Positions 28,033-39,231 of a stretch of 64,000 bases of DNA are shown one piece after another. Both the position numbers and the translations under genes were made by a program. Under the pieces are notes generated by a model. The model searched no databases. It was not told the DNA's origin and saw nothing but the letters and a program-made list of their open reading frames with translations. This DNA comes from Candidatus Woesearchaeota archaeon (GTDB lineage: Archaea; Nanobdellota; Nanobdellia; SCGC-AAA011-G17; JACPIM01), in assembly GCA_964513145.1 (NCBI GenBank), contig CAZELK010000005.1, positions 21,488 through 85,487 on the forward strand. The letters are read 5' to 3'. How positions within the stretch are numbered: the first letter of the stretch is position 1; the number at the start of each line of letters is the position of its first letter.

Positions 28033-28344
28033 ATGAAAATCCCAAAAAAGATCAATAGGTATTGTAAAAAATGTAAAAAGCATACAGAGCACGCTGTTTC
28101 ACAAGCAAAGAAAAAAGAAAGGGGCAGTTTAAAGAGAGGGTCAATTAATAGAGCAAGAAAACGAGGTTTAGGAAGGGGATTTGGTAATTTAGGAAGATAT
28201 GGTTCGAGACCAGCTATTTCCAAATTTAAAATGAGTGGGGCTAAAACTTCCAAAAAAGTTGACTTAAGGTATAAATGTAAAATCTGCGGAAAGAGCAGTG
28301 TTCAAAAAAAAGGATTTAGAGCCAAAAAAGTGGAGTTCAAATGA
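28033..28344 (+). CDS. rpl44e: 50S ribosomal protein L44e
   Basis: [12 protein letters not shown] and [17 protein letters not shown]. Confidence 0.95.
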   Translation: MKIPKKINRYCKKCKKHTEHAVSQAKKKERGSLKRGSINRARKRGLGRGFGNLGRYGSRPAISKFKMSGAKTSKKVDLRYKCKICGKSSVQKKGFRAKKVEFK

Positions 28345-28526
28345 GAAGATTAAATGAACCAAGTTCGCGATTTATAAAAGTAAGATGCTCCAAGTGTAAA
28401 AATGAACAAATTATTTTTGGAAAACCCACTACCCAAATAACCTGCCTGGTGTGCTCTAGTATTTTATCTGAACCAAGCGGCGGAAAAGGAAAAATTAAGG
28501 CCAGGGTTTTAGAGGTATTGGAATAG
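28341..28526 (+). CDS. rps27e: 30S ribosomal protein S27e
   Basis: [18 protein letters not shown]...CLVC...PSGGK. Confidence 0.95.
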   Translation: MRRLNEPSSRFIKVRCSKCKNEQIIFGKPTTQITCLVCSSILSEPSGGKGKIKARVLEVLE

Positions 28527-29321
28527 ATGCTTTTCAAGAAGAAAGACTTACCAAATACAAGTGATTTTGTTATTTGCACAGTCAAGAGCATACTGCATCA
28601 TTCTGTTTTTGTTACATTAGATGAATACGACAATTTGGAAGGTTTAATTCATATTTCTGAAATAGCGCCAGGCAGAATAAGAAACATAAGGGATTTTGTA
28701 AAACCAAATAAAAGAATTGTCTGCAAAGTGCTAAAAATAAATAAAGAAAATAAACAAGTAGACCTTTCCTTGAGAAGAGTTTCAATTAACTCCATGAAGA
28801 TAAAAATTGACGAAGGCAGGCAAGAGGAAAAAGCTGAGAAACTTCTTGAACATGCTGGAAAACAATTAAAATATGATTTAGAAAGAATGTATAAAGAGGC
28901 TGGAATAAGAATTATTGAGAACTTTGGTTCTTTAAGAGAGGGTTTTAACAGTGTTGCTCTAGAAAACAGCGAAGAAATAAAAAAACTTGGAATAAATGAG
29001 TCAATATTAAATGTTTTAATAAAAGTTATTAAGGATAAAATAAAACTACCAAAAATTAAAGTTAAATTAAGTTTAGACTTAAGAAATTATGATACAAATG
29101 GAATAGAACTTATTAAGGCATTACTGGAAAAAATGTCAGATAATTATAAAAAAACCGGCTATGACTTAAAGATCACTTATATGAGTGCACCAAAATACCT
29201 GCTGGAGTTGATAACTACTGATAAAAAAAATTCCGAACCTTTAATAGAAAAAATAGCAACTGAGATAATTAATGAAGGCAAGAAATCAAATATAACTGGA
29301 AAATGGCAAAAAGAATCTTAA
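28527..29321 (+). CDS. eif2a: Translation initiation factor aIF-2 alpha
   Basis: S1 domain LEGLIHISEIAPGRIRNIRD...VDLSLRRV. Confidence 0.93.
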   Translation: MLFKKKDLPNTSDFVICTVKSILHHSVFVTLDEYDNLEGLIHISEIAPGRIRNIRDFVKPNKRIVCKVLKINKENKQVDLSLRRVSINSMKIKIDEGRQEEKAEKLLEHAGKQLKYDLERMYKEAGIRIIENFGSLREGFNSVALENSEEIKKLGINESILNVLIKVIKDKIKLPKIKVKLSLDLRNYDTNGIELIKALLEKMSDNYKKTGYDLKITYMSAPKYLLELITTDKKNSEPLIEKIATEIINEGKKSNITGKWQKES

Positions 29322-29461
29322 AATGTGTTGTGTGCAATTCTTATACTTTGAAAGAAGAACATTGCGGAAAAACCACTATTAACCCTAAACCAGCAAAATA
29401 CTCTCCAGAAGATAAATACCAAAATTACAGGCTAAAATACAAAAAAATTCACAACCTTTAA
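29303..29461 (+). CDS. nop10: H/ACA RNP protein Nop10
   Basis: Manual translation MAKRILKCVVCNSYTLKEEHCGKTTINPKPAKYSPEDKYQNYR; canonical position after aIF2a. Confidence 0.9.
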   Translation: MAKRILKCVVCNSYTLKEEHCGKTTINPKPAKYSPEDKYQNYRLKYKKIHNL

Positions 29462-29485
29462 ATATTAATTGGGCTTTTTAGTGCT

Positions 29486-30247
29486 ATGACATGGAATATA
29501 AATGAAATTGGCAAAATAAATTTGAAGAACCCCATATTAATTGAGGGCTTGCCAGGGGTAGGAAATGTTGGCAAAATTGCTGTTGATTTTATAATTGACA
29601 GCTTGAAAGCCAAAAAAATCTATGAAATAACTTCTTACAATTTTCCACACTGTGTTTTTGTAAATGAGGACAATTTAGTTGAATTACCAGCAATAGAAAT
29701 ATTTCATAAAAAATTGAATAATAAAGACTTTCTTTTTTTAGCTGGGGATATACAACCTTTGGATGAGAAGTCCTGCTATGAATTTTGCGATAATATTCTT
29801 GATTTATTTCAAAAATATGATGGCAAAGAAATTATAACTTTGGGTGGGATTGCCCTGGATAAAGTCCCAAAGCAAGCCAGGATTTATTGTACAGGCACAA
29901 ACTCCAAAGTGATTAAAAGATATCAAAGCAATGTTGTAAAAAATATTTATGGGGTTATTGGACCTATAATCGGCGTTTCGGGGTTATTAACTGGTTTAGC
30001 CAGAAGAAGAAATTTAGATGCAGTTTCCATATTAGCTGAAACTTTCGGACATCCAACTTATCTTGGGGTAAAAAGTGCCAAAGAAATTTTGAAATTACTA
30101 AATAGCAAATTGAATTTTAAATTAGATTTGGATGTGCTAGACAGAGAGGTTGGAGAAATTGAGAAAGAAATTACTGAAAAAACAAATAGCCTAAAAAATG
30201 AAAGAGCACTAATAAAACCAAAGAGAGATGTAAGTTATATTGGGTGA
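29486..30247 (+). CDS. PAC2-family proteasome assembly chaperone
   Basis: LIEGLPGVGNVGKIA, ITLGG, GPIIGVSGLL and LAETFG. Confidence 0.9.
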   Translation: MTWNINEIGKINLKNPILIEGLPGVGNVGKIAVDFIIDSLKAKKIYEITSYNFPHCVFVNEDNLVELPAIEIFHKKLNNKDFLFLAGDIQPLDEKSCYEFCDNILDLFQKYDGKEIITLGGIALDKVPKQARIYCTGTNSKVIKRYQSNVVKNIYGVIGPIIGVSGLLTGLARRRNLDAVSILAETFGHPTYLGVKSAKEILKLLNSKLNFKLDLDVLDREVGEIEKEITEKTNSLKNERALIKPKRDVSYIG

Positions 30248-30760
30248 AATAAATTTTATTTTCAAGACAAATAATTTATAACTGGTGTGAATCTTATTTA
30301 AATATAATAAATAATATCAAAACAAAATTAGAAAAATGTGGTGAATACCCAATATATTATTCTGGTATTATTTCATATTTAAATTTATTTTCTGAAAACA
30401 TTTTCATATTTGATAAAAATATGCTGTTTTATCTATGCTTGAGAATATTAACAATAATAATGATTTTACTATAGATGCGCTTAAAAAATTCTTTACTGAA
30501 CGACAAACTTTCTTCAGAGTTAAGATTAATTTTGAGGAAGAAATTTTGAAGCTCCAAAAAAAACAAAAAGAAATTAAATTTTTAAGTGAAAAAATGAATG
30601 TGATAAATAAACTATCTCTTGAAATTTATAAATTTTTGAGAATGTAACGAATTTTACTGATTCTCGTAATTGATATAAAAAAGATTAAATAAAATATCAA
30701 TGAGAGGCGAAGTAAAGTTGGCAACTTATTTGAAATTATTGCATCTATTTTAATATATTA

Positions 30761-32023
30761 TTAACATAATAACCATCTCCAAACTGGGATAACTTTTATT
30801 AATTTATTTTTTAGTTTAATTTCTCTTTCGGCATCAGATGTTAAAATAACCCCCTCTTTTAGCTTGAATTTTTCCATTGCTTCCAATAAACCATTTATTT
30901 CTCTATCTTTATTTTCATCGTTTAATTCATAACAAACTTGAATTGCTTCTTTAATCTTGATGCCCTCCCTTATTAAGAAATCACATTCTCTCTTTTCTGA
31001 AAAATAATAAATCTCTTTTCCTTTTCTTTTTAACTCTATAAATACTATATTTTCTAAAAGTTTACCTTTATCTTCTGAGAATTTGAATCCCACTTCTTTC
31101 ACGAACCCATTATCAACACAATATAGCTTTCTAGGATTTTGAATTTGTTTTTTTAAAGAATAATCAAATTTATTAATAAAAAAGAAAATAAAAGCATTTT
31201 CGAAAGTTTCTAAAATTGATTTAACAGTTGATAAATTTTTTATCTCAATTATTTTTGACAAAGATCTTATACTTAATTCTTTGGAAATATTTGATAATAA
31301 GTAATTAGAAATTTCCTTAATTGGCTTTTCTAAATTCTTATTAAATCTCTTTATTATATCTCGATATAAAATACTCTCATATATCTCATGTAAAAGTCTT
31401 TTATCTTTATCTATAATTACTTTTGGTATCCCCCCTAATGAAAAAAATTCTGAGAATTCTTTTCTTAATTGGGATTGGAGTTTTATATCGATTTTCCAAT
31501 CATTTCTTTTTAATTTTTTTGAATCTAAAAATTCTTTAAAACTGAATGGAAATAAATTATTACTTATCGACCTCCCAGTTAGGATTGTTGATATCTCTTT
31601 GCTTAATAGCTTAGAATTTGACCCGGTTATAAAGATTGTAAATTTTTCTTTTATTCTATCTACCCATTTCTCCCAATCTTTTGTTTCTTGTATCTCATCT
31701 ATAAAAAAATAACAATTTGTAAGATAATTTTGTTCATTTAAAAAATCTAATATTTTTTGAAAATCTTCGGCTGAAAAATCAATTAATCTTTCATCATTAA
31801 AATTTATATAAAAAAATTCTTTTTCTTTTAGTTTTAAATGATTTTTTAATATATATAACAAAGTTGATTTACCGCATCTCCGAACACCAGTTATAATAAT
31901 TGGAAGTTTCAAATGAATGAATGATAATATTTTTTTTGTTATCTCTCTTTCTACAAAATTAGACTGTATTTCAAATTCTTTTTGTTGTTCAAATAGAACA
32001 TAATAAAGATCATCCCTATTCAT
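30761..32023 (-). CDS. AAA_14/DUF4143-type ATP-binding protein
   Basis: GVRRCGKST, FFIDEIQ, ITGSNS, LTGR, GGIP, KLYCVDNG, LENIV and ECDF. Confidence 0.9.
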   Translation of the reverse strand: MNRDDLYYVLFEQQKEFEIQSNFVEREITKKILSFIHLKLPIIITGVRRCGKSTLLYILKNHLKLKEKEFFYINFNDERLIDFSAEDFQKILDFLNEQNYLTNCYFFIDEIQETKDWEKWVDRIKEKFTIFITGSNSKLLSKEISTILTGRSISNNLFPFSFKEFLDSKKLKRNDWKIDIKLQSQLRKEFSEFFSLGGIPKVIIDKDKRLLHEIYESILYRDIIKRFNKNLEKPIKEISNYLLSNISKELSIRSLSKIIEIKNLSTVKSILETFENAFIFFFINKFDYSLKKQIQNPRKLYCVDNGFVKEVGFKFSEDKGKLLENIVFIELKRKGKEIYYFSEKRECDFLIREGIKIKEAIQVCYELNDENKDREINGLLEAMEKFKLKEGVILTSDAEREIKLKNKLIKVIPVWRWLLC

Positions 32024-32066
32024 TATTTTATGATATTTTATTGATTTATAAATCTTTTGATATGAT

Positions 32067-32116
32067 ACAATTTTTGTAACACTCTTTTTATAAAGTGTAA
32101 CAATTTTTGTAACACT
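32067..32116. promoter_or_regulatory. Duplicated 17-bp operator-like sequence upstream of the AAA ATPase gene
   Basis: acaatttttgtaacact at 32067 and 32100. Confidence 0.55.
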
Positions 32117-32127
32117 TTAATTTAATA

Positions 32128-33402
32128 TTAATGACTAAATTCATTTAGATCTTTTTGTAGATTTTGTAAAGATTTTGGACTCTCTCTTAATTCGTCTTTT
32201 TGATCCCTTTCATTAAAAATAGGTTGTCCATACACACCATCATATCCAGGTTTATAGTTTACTTTTCTTTCTCGTATTTTGACTATAGCATCAGCAATCT
32301 TTTCATTAGTAACTGATTTTAATTCTTCAAATCCTACTTTCATTAATACATCAAACTCATTACCAAATTTAGATATTATAGAATTATATTCTTTTACTAC
32401 TGTTTTTGTTGATACCCCTTTTTTCAAAATTAATGATATTACTTCTGATAATGGGATTACTTCAGTATAAAATGGAACTTTTTCTGGTTCTTTTCTATCT
32501 GCTAATTCTTCAATTCTATAAGCTACCCCAATTGTTAATGGGGTTTTACATTTTGGACAGATACCATTTAATTTCTTAGATTCAGAAGGCTGTAAAACTA
32601 CACCACAAGCTCTATGACCATCAATATGATATTTACCATAAGCAGGGTTCACTTCTATAGTTCCTACAAGTCCGTCTCCAGTCCTAATTGTATTTATAAT
32701 ATTTTTATAGGTTAAAGTTTTTATATCAAGAATTGTTGCCTCTCTACCCAACCTATGTGGGTGATAAGAATGAGGATCTGAAAAAGAAACCAGATTATAC
32801 TTATCTAGTGATGAGACTCTTCTATTCATGTCTGGGGAAGAAGATAATCCAGTTTCAAATGCATGAATATATTTTGATTTTTCCTTAAAACATTGTTCAA
32901 CAGAATCAAAACCAGTTTTGCTTCCAAAAATTCCAAAATAACTTGTCCATGCGTGGGCTGGAATAATTTCTATTTGGTCTGAAATTGATCTCATCATATC
33001 GACTAACTCTATACATGAAAATCCGAAAATTGGTCTTCCATCATAATCTATTCTTCCTTTTTTTAAAAAAGCATCTCTAACTTGTATTACAACTTCTTTG
33101 TTAGGCATTAATAATAAATTATGAATTCTTCGACCTTTTCCATCTTGAGTATACATTAAAGAAACTTCGGTCTGCCAAATAAAAGGAAATGAATTAGTCT
33201 CCTTAGTCCATAAAACCCCATTTGAATCTTCTTCAAGCTGGGTATTAATTTGTTCAAACCATTTTGGGTGAAGGGCATCGCCAGTACCCAATACATTAAG
33301 ACCTTTTAATCTTGAATTATCAGCTAACCTTTGTATAGTAGTTTGCTTACTGCAAGCCATAGCATAAGGTCCGTGTATATGAAAATCACCAATTATTTGC
33401 AT
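32128..33402 (-). CDS. PHP-domain endonuclease Q family protein
   Basis: DFHIHGPYA, LGTGDALHPKW, IPAHAWT, ETGLSS, SDPHS, GKYHIDGHRAC and CPKC. Confidence 0.88.
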   Translation of the reverse strand: MQIIGDFHIHGPYAMACSKQTTIQRLADNSRLKGLNVLGTGDALHPKWFEQINTQLEEDSNGVLWTKETNSFPFIWQTEVSLMYTQDGKGRRIHNLLLMPNKEVVIQVRDAFLKKGRIDYDGRPIFGFSCIELVDMMRSISDQIEIIPAHAWTSYFGIFGSKTGFDSVEQCFKEKSKYIHAFETGLSSSPDMNRRVSSLDKYNLVSFSDPHSYHPHRLGREATILDIKTLTYKNIINTIRTGDGLVGTIEVNPAYGKYHIDGHRACGVVLQPSESKKLNGICPKCKTPLTIGVAYRIEELADRKEPEKVPFYTEVIPLSEVISLILKKGVSTKTVVKEYNSIISKFGNEFDVLMKVGFEELKSVTNEKIADAIVKIRERKVNYKPGYDGVYGQPIFNERDQKDELRESPKSLQNLQKDLNEFSH

Positions 33403-33444
33403 TTTTAATGGGAATTAATTTTTATTTATAATAATTTGTATATT

Positions 33445-33771
33445 TTAGATTTTTCTTTCAATATTAACTAATCTATCTTTTATATTATTGAGTGTGTCTT
33501 CAACTTTTGAAAGCCTTGTTTCTATATTTAAAAATCGATTCTTAAAATTTTTTGTTCTTTCTTCTAATTTTCCTAAAGTTCTGGCTTGGCTAAATATAAA
33601 AGCAGCTATTGCAAAATTGCCAGTTATTATTAAACCAATCCCGCCAACTATTACATCTGCTTTTTCTCAAGAACCGCCAAAAATATATAATAAAATTTGA
33701 TAAATTATAAAAATTATAGATAATAAGAATATAATCCAAAGAATGTTTTTAATAAGATCCTTAAAACTCAT
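33445..33771 (-). pseudogene. Two-TM plus coiled-coil hypothetical gene with an in-frame TGA at codon 35
   Basis: MSFKDLIKNILWII...IFGGS*EKADVIVGGIGL...IERKI*; TGA at 33667-33669. Confidence 0.6.
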
Positions 33772-34005
33772 ATTCTTAACCAACCCAGATTTTTAGCTAA
33801 CAGCAAAAAGAATGATATGGCTAAAGCTAAAAATAGCCAACGCATAATATTCAAATAAATTAAATCCATATTTTCAAATTTAATCTTCATCTATTTAGAA
33901 TAAATCTTAAAGTTTATTAAGCTTGCCACAAAAAAACCGAAAATATTTCGGAAAAAATTATTCTAATTTGAAAACTTTAAATAAATATGACTTGCTCTCT
34001 AAAAA

Positions 34006-34950
34006 TTATTGTTCTGAGTTTACAACAGTAATCTGTTTCTCAATAGAATCTTTGTAGAAATAATTTAAAACTATATTTACAGGTTCTTCAAAGGCTATAT
34101 CCTGTATATTTGATGTTGGAATATTACAGTTAATCACTTTCTCTTTTAATGCTAATTTTATAATTCCCTTGTTTGTATCTTTTAACTGGCTGCATTTAAT
34201 TCCTGATTTTGCTGAGTTTGATGTTACTTCCAATAAAACTTCATCTTTTCCAGCAGATACGTCAACACACTTATCTGAAAATGTCGTTGGGGAGTAAACC
34301 TGACCTTTGCCCACATTTGAAATTGTAAATGTTAATTTTATTTCATTTACTGCTGAACTTCTTTGTTTTACATCTTTTATTTTTACTGGGGCGCTAGAAG
34401 ACTCTGCGATAACCTTATCTGAATTAATTGTGCATTTATCTTCTGTATTTTTTTCAATTGGATTTTTCTTTAAACATACTTTTGCTACTGACCTAGTCTG
34501 ATATAAATAACAGATATCTGCTCTTAAAGAAGTTGGAAAATCTGCATTTAAATCATATTTATAAATTGCCTGATCAAACTGCAGCTCTTCTGGAGAACTT
34601 TGAACTATTTGATCTCCTGATTTTGACTTACCTTCCAAAGCAATTGCTAATTTTGCATTTAATGAAGACAATGAAAATGCTTCCCCATTTACCCCACTTA
34701 AAGAAGATATTATTTTATTTTCTGGTATTGTGAATTCTCCTTTATTTTGAAGATTTAAAGTTATAAAAAACGGCTCTTGATTATTGTCTATTACTTTTAA
34801 TGGGGGCTGGTTTTCTTTAAATGAAAAATCTAATCCATCATTTCCACCTATAAAAATACCCAATGCCTGCTTTTCTTTTTGAGCATTCTGACAAGCAGAT
34901 ATTAAAACAACCAAAGACAAGACCAAAACAAAAAGACTCTTTTTTTTCAT
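34006..34950 (-). CDS. Secreted/lipoprotein-like beta-rich protein
   Basis: Signal ending ISAC; FKENQPP motif; several Cys; similar to 35593-36495. Confidence 0.7.
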   Translation of the reverse strand: MKKKSLFVLVLSLVVLISACQNAQKEKQALGIFIGGNDGLDFSFKENQPPLKVIDNNQEPFFITLNLQNKGEFTIPENKIISSLSGVNGEAFSLSSLNAKLAIALEGKSKSGDQIVQSSPEELQFDQAIYKYDLNADFPTSLRADICYLYQTRSVAKVCLKKNPIEKNTEDKCTINSDKVIAESSSAPVKIKDVKQRSSAVNEIKLTFTISNVGKGQVYSPTTFSDKCVDVSAGKDEVLLEVTSNSAKSGIKCSQLKDTNKGIIKLALKEKVINCNIPTSNIQDIAFEEPVNIVLNYFYKDSIEKQITVVNSEQ

Positions 34951-35018
34951 ATTAAATTTTAGTATAGATTAATTTATATAGTTTACGAGAATAATTTTAA
35001 TTATAAGGGGTGTTAATT

Positions 35019-35591
35019 ATGGGTTTTTTATCTAGGGCAAATCCAACTAAAAAAGGTTTTATTAAGGGGGCTGTGGCTGTTACAATTATTGCTTCTGCTT
35101 TTGGTTATTTAATGAGGGACTTAATAAATTTTGGCAAATCTGAAGGTGATATGAGGCCAGCAAAAGTTGCTCAAGCTGAAAAAAGAATTTTCAAAGAAGC
35201 GTTAATAAAACTTGAGGATTTTGAAATATCTAGTGATAAAGTATCTTCTATTCAACAAGACTTTGAAAATCTTACATTTATTATTGGACATTGTGAGGAT
35301 CTTAAAATTGCTGAAGAGGAATATAAGATTAAAGGTGATTTTTATAAGGCTAAAGATATATTAATTAAGATACAGAAATACATGAAAATAGTTGGCAATG
35401 AAAAAGACTTTAAAAATCTAGACCCAAAAATTTTTCCTAAAGAAGCAGCTGAATTAATTTTAAAAATTTTAGCAGAACTTAAGGAAGACATTGCAATTGA
35501 ATTGGCATTTCTTGAACATGAGATAAAATCAAGTGAAAATAATGTTATAGAAGCTGCAAGAAAAGCTCATCAAAAAGTAGGAGGAAAATAA
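35019..35591 (+). CDS. Hypothetical helical protein
   Basis: ORF starting MGFLSR; no recognised motif. Confidence 0.55.
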   Translation: MGFLSRANPTKKGFIKGAVAVTIIASAFGYLMRDLINFGKSEGDMRPAKVAQAEKRIFKEALIKLEDFEISSDKVSSIQQDFENLTFIIGHCEDLKIAEEEYKIKGDFYKAKDILIKIQKYMKIVGNEKDFKNLDPKIFPKEAAELILKILAELKEDIAIELAFLEHEIKSSENNVIEAARKAHQKVGGK

Positions 35592-35592
35592 T

Positions 35593-36495
35593 TTAACTTT
35601 CTAATTTATTTACTTTTATCGGACCCAAAGTTTCTATTAACTTGTAAGGATAATCAAATGATATTTCAATAACATCCTGCCTGAAAATTTCATCATAAAG
35701 GCTTAGATCTGCATTACATATTATCACTTTTTCTCCATCTTTTAAAGATAATTTGCTTGGATTACTGCATTCAAGATTATTGGCGCCTTGGAGATTAACT
35801 TTGAATGAATTTATTATTTCGCCTTCATTGTTTATTTTTCCTTTCCCAATATTTTTTATAAAAATTTTAAGATTTAAATTCAATAATCCTTCCTCTTGCG
35901 GAACTACTATCTTCTCTATTTTTGTTACGGTGACTGGAGAATATTTTGCCTGGCTACCCAAGCTTGTTATTGTTTCCTTATTTTGACATCTTGATTGCTG
36001 GGAAGATTCAGACTTTATACAAATTTGAGATGTAACCAAAGTTTTATGGTTTGTTATTAACTCAATTATAAAACTAGTCATCATTCCTGGAAAGACTTTT
36101 GATTCTTCATATTGAAATGGGCCAAATACTACTGTTTCTTTTGATGGTATTACTTTATTTTCTATAAGCTCTGCAGGCTGTAATGCAAAGCTTTGCTGCT
36201 CTTTTCCTTCTAAAGAACTAAATTCATCTGAAGGAGTATCTGAAAGTGCTAAAGTGCCAGATATATCTTCTAAATCATTGTTTACTATATCTACAGCGAC
36301 TTTAAAATTTTTACCTGCAAAAATTTCATCTAATGGCGGCTGACCCTCCCTAAATTTAATTGACAAGCCTTTACTTTCCACTACTTGTTTTTCTTTTTGA
36401 CCAAGATTTAAATTAGGCAGAGTTGGTAATTGGGTACATCCAGAAATAACTAAAACAATTAAAATTATTGTAAATATAATCCCTATTTTTATCAT
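35593..36495 (-). CDS. Secreted/lipoprotein-like beta-rich protein
   Basis: Signal ending ISGC; FREGQPP motif; SPVTVTKIEK; paralog-like to 34006-34950. Confidence 0.7.
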   Translation of the reverse strand: MIKIGIIFTIILIVLVISGCTQLPTLPNLNLGQKEKQVVESKGLSIKFREGQPPLDEIFAGKNFKVAVDIVNNDLEDISGTLALSDTPSDEFSSLEGKEQQSFALQPAELIENKVIPSKETVVFGPFQYEESKVFPGMMTSFIIELITNHKTLVTSQICIKSESSQQSRCQNKETITSLGSQAKYSPVTVTKIEKIVVPQEEGLLNLNLKIFIKNIGKGKINNEGEIINSFKVNLQGANNLECSNPSKLSLKDGEKVIICNADLSLYDEIFRQDVIEISFDYPYKLIETLGPIKVNKLES

Positions 36496-36529
36496 ATTAT
36501 TTAAATTAAATAAAAGTATAAATACCTTT

Positions 36530-38032
36530 CTAAGTTGTTGTGGGTGACAATAAATTCTTTGATATTATGGCTGATGTAAATGCCTGGAATTCATAATCAA
36601 ATTTAGCTTCTGCTTCTATTAATGAAAATGACAAATCTTCTGTTACTGCTGAATTATCTATTTCAAACTCACAAAAAAATCTCTGGTCAGATACATCTTT
36701 ATCCTTGTTTAATTTTAAAATAATATCTTCTTTTAATTTTAAAACATTATTTTCAATTAAATCAAATTCTTTACAGTCTTCTATTTTTGGCTTAAAACCA
36801 TTTGGCAAAGACACTCTTAAAGATTTAAGACTGGATATTTTTCCGTTCCAGGAAAATTTATCATTTTTTATTTCGAGTCCCAACAAATAAACTGCGCTAT
36901 CTCTTAATGGCTGGGCATCAAATAAATTTAATGATAATATTGCTGGGCTTTTCTTTAATTGTTCTGATCTTACTGACCTATCTGATGATATTAATGGATC
37001 ATTTATTTTAAAATAAGCGAAAGGATTTTTATTATCTTGCTCCAGGGATGTCAATATTGTAGAATCCAATGTATAAATCTTTAATCTTGAACTTACTATA
37101 AAATCCTTATAATTAGCTTTTAAAGTTATTTTTTGAGATATTGTTTTTTTATCACCAAACTTAATAGCATAAAGAGTTTCTTCGCCAAAGCTACATAAAA
37201 TATTTAAACTCTTATCCTGATTTGGATAGACAAATACTGAATTTGAACCTTCATTTTCACCAAATAATTTTATTTCTCCGCCTTCACTGCCTGAAAAACC
37301 AATAGTTGTAATTTGCTGGACAACATCACCTTTTGTACATGAAAATTCAACATTTGTTGATAAATCTTCCAAAGCATAAATTTTTACTGCTGCCAAGGCT
37401 TCAATTTTATCTTTTTCCCTGAAAATGTCTTTTTTTGGCTCGAATTTTCTAAACTCTACGCCTTGCGGCTTTTTCTTTTCAACTGTCTGCGGATTTTTAA
37501 AAGTGCCATAAGAAGCTACAGTACCGACTGGATCAAGTACAAAATTTTTAACTTGGGATATAGCTACTGAAACTGGACCTGATGTTTCTGAACCTAAAAT
37601 AGATAATTGGGTTCCAAATATAGAAACGCCGCCACCAGTCAAAAGATTCCAAAAAAAAGACCATGTAGCGAATACTAAAAGAACAATAACAACATATGAA
37701 ATAATTTTACCTATTCTTGTGTATTTAAAGAAGGCGCTTATTATCTTAAATATCTCACCTATTAAAGTTAATGGAAGAAAAACTATTTTCTTAAAGTCTC
37801 CACTGGTAAATGCTTCAGAAATTTTATTCCATAAAGAAGAAAATCCTGAATTTATAAAACCAGAAAGTGTAGACTTCTTTTTTTCTTTTTCAATATTTTG
37901 CCCTTCTTCATACCATTTGTTTAACTGTTGGGTTTTTTTCTCCGCTTCTTTTTCTTGGGCTCTTCTCCGCTTTTCTGCTCTTTCTTCTCTTAGTTCTCTA
38001 TAATATTTCTCTTGCTCAGAATCTTCAGCCAT
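36530..38032 (-). CDS. Membrane protein with large extracellular beta-rich domain
   Basis: Charged N-terminus, TM segments, and a C-terminal domain ending KFDYEF like its neighbours. Confidence 0.65.
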   Translation of the reverse strand: MAEDSEQEKYYRELREERAEKRRRAQEKEAEKKTQQLNKWYEEGQNIEKEKKKSTLSGFINSGFSSLWNKISEAFTSGDFKKIVFLPLTLIGEIFKIISAFFKYTRIGKIISYVVIVLLVFATWSFFWNLLTGGGVSIFGTQLSILGSETSGPVSVAISQVKNFVLDPVGTVASYGTFKNPQTVEKKKPQGVEFRKFEPKKDIFREKDKIEALAAVKIYALEDLSTNVEFSCTKGDVVQQITTIGFSGSEGGEIKLFGENEGSNSVFVYPNQDKSLNILCSFGEETLYAIKFGDKKTISQKITLKANYKDFIVSSRLKIYTLDSTILTSLEQDNKNPFAYFKINDPLISSDRSVRSEQLKKSPAILSLNLFDAQPLRDSAVYLLGLEIKNDKFSWNGKISSLKSLRVSLPNGFKPKIEDCKEFDLIENNVLKLKEDIILKLNKDKDVSDQRFFCEFEIDNSAVTEDLSFSLIEAEAKFDYEFQAFTSAIISKNLLSPTTT

Positions 38033-38055
38033 TAATTATACCTCTTTTATAAAAA

Positions 38056-39231
38056 TTATTTTGTGAATATTTCCAATGATCTTATTTCAAACTTATTTCT
38101 CGGGATAATTTTAATGAAATTTTCACCTTTTTTAATCAAATTAGAAATATCCCTGGAATATATGTTTCTGTCAGTGTCTAATGTTATTCTTTCATCGTTA
38201 ATTATTATTGTTGCAGAACTTCTTTCGTCTTCTTCATTTGGAACTAAATCCATTTTTAATTCTATTTCGTAATTCAAGTCCTCTTCTTTTGCATCAAAAA
38301 AATAAATTGGGACTTTTTGACTTTCTGAATCAATTTCTAATTCTATCTGCTCTAAAACATAATTTCCCTTTTCAGATTCAAATGATAATTTATTTTGTTC
38401 ATCCTTGAAATAGTTCTTTGGAATATCTATAACCTGTTCGCTGGCATCACAAATTATCTGGCCCAAATGCAAATTAAAATCATTCAAAAATATCTTTATT
38501 ATTCCCTGATCATCATTTACATTTAAGCAGTTAATAAAATAATTTAAAGTTGCCTCCTTTATTTTGTCTTTTTCCAAAGAGAACTGTCTTGTTTCTTTTT
38601 TATTTTCTGAAGAAACTTCTTTTATTAACTTAATATCCTTTAATGCATATTCATTTACTGATAAAAATCTCCATGAGGGAGAAGAAGCTTCTACTCTTAA
38701 AACATTATCATTTTTTAGATTTGAAACTGGTATTTCCAATGGCAAGTTTTCGTTACCTACTATGCCCCTAAATACAATCTGATTATTCAGGTAAATAACT
38801 AATGATCCTTTAGATGAGATAATATTGAAAAATAATTTTAGTTTGTTTGTGTTTGCTATATCTTCTATTTTAAAATTTAAATCCTGGAAATTGTTATTGA
38901 AAAGACTTCTTGAAACTGAAAGGGCATTTGCCAAAGTTATTATATTCTGAGTTTTTTTAGCAAAAAGATTTACTGGGGGGATTTTTATTTTTTCTTTTTG
39001 AGCAGAATCAGAAAAAACCAATCCCGGGGATTCTACTAATAGATTTGTTATGATTTTATCTGAAGGTGTGCCTTGACCATAATTATCCTGTATTGTGCCT
39101 TTTTCCAGTATATCTTTTTGAGCTTCTGGTGGAATTAGCAGCATATAAACTGTGATTAAAATACCCATTAGAATAATTAAACCTGTTACATGTATTGTTT
39201 CTGACTCTACAGCACCCCTTTTATTAAGCAT
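38056..39231 (-). CDS. Class III signal-peptide protein with large beta-rich domain
   Basis: Likely start MLNKRG|AVESE followed by a hydrophobic helix. Confidence 0.65.
   Translation of the reverse strand: MLNKRGAVESETIHVTGLIILMGILITVYMLLIPPEAQKDILEKGTIQDNYGQGTPSDKIITNLLVESPGLVFSDSAQKEKIKIPPVNLFAKKTQNIITLANALSVSRSLFNNNFQDLNFKIEDIANTNKLKLFFNIISSKGSLVIYLNNQIVFRGIVGNENLPLEIPVSNLKNDNVLRVEASSPSWRFLSVNEYALKDIKLIKEVSSENKKETRQFSLEKDKIKEATLNYFINCLNVNDDQGIIKIFLNDFNLHLGQIICDASEQVIDIPKNYFKDEQNKLSFESEKGNYVLEQIELEIDSESQKVPIYFFDAKEEDLNYEIELKMDLVPNEEDERSSATIIINDERITLDTDRNIYSRDISNLIKKGENFIKIIPRNKFEIRSLEIFTK

Noticed and set aside
30435-30647. 70-aa ORF after PAC2
   Set aside because: No recognisable motif; may be a gene remnant, too weak to call.
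33667-33669. TGA-to-Trp recoding
   Set aside because: TGA terminates many clear genes here (PAC2, ATGA overlaps), so this is better explained as a nonsense change.
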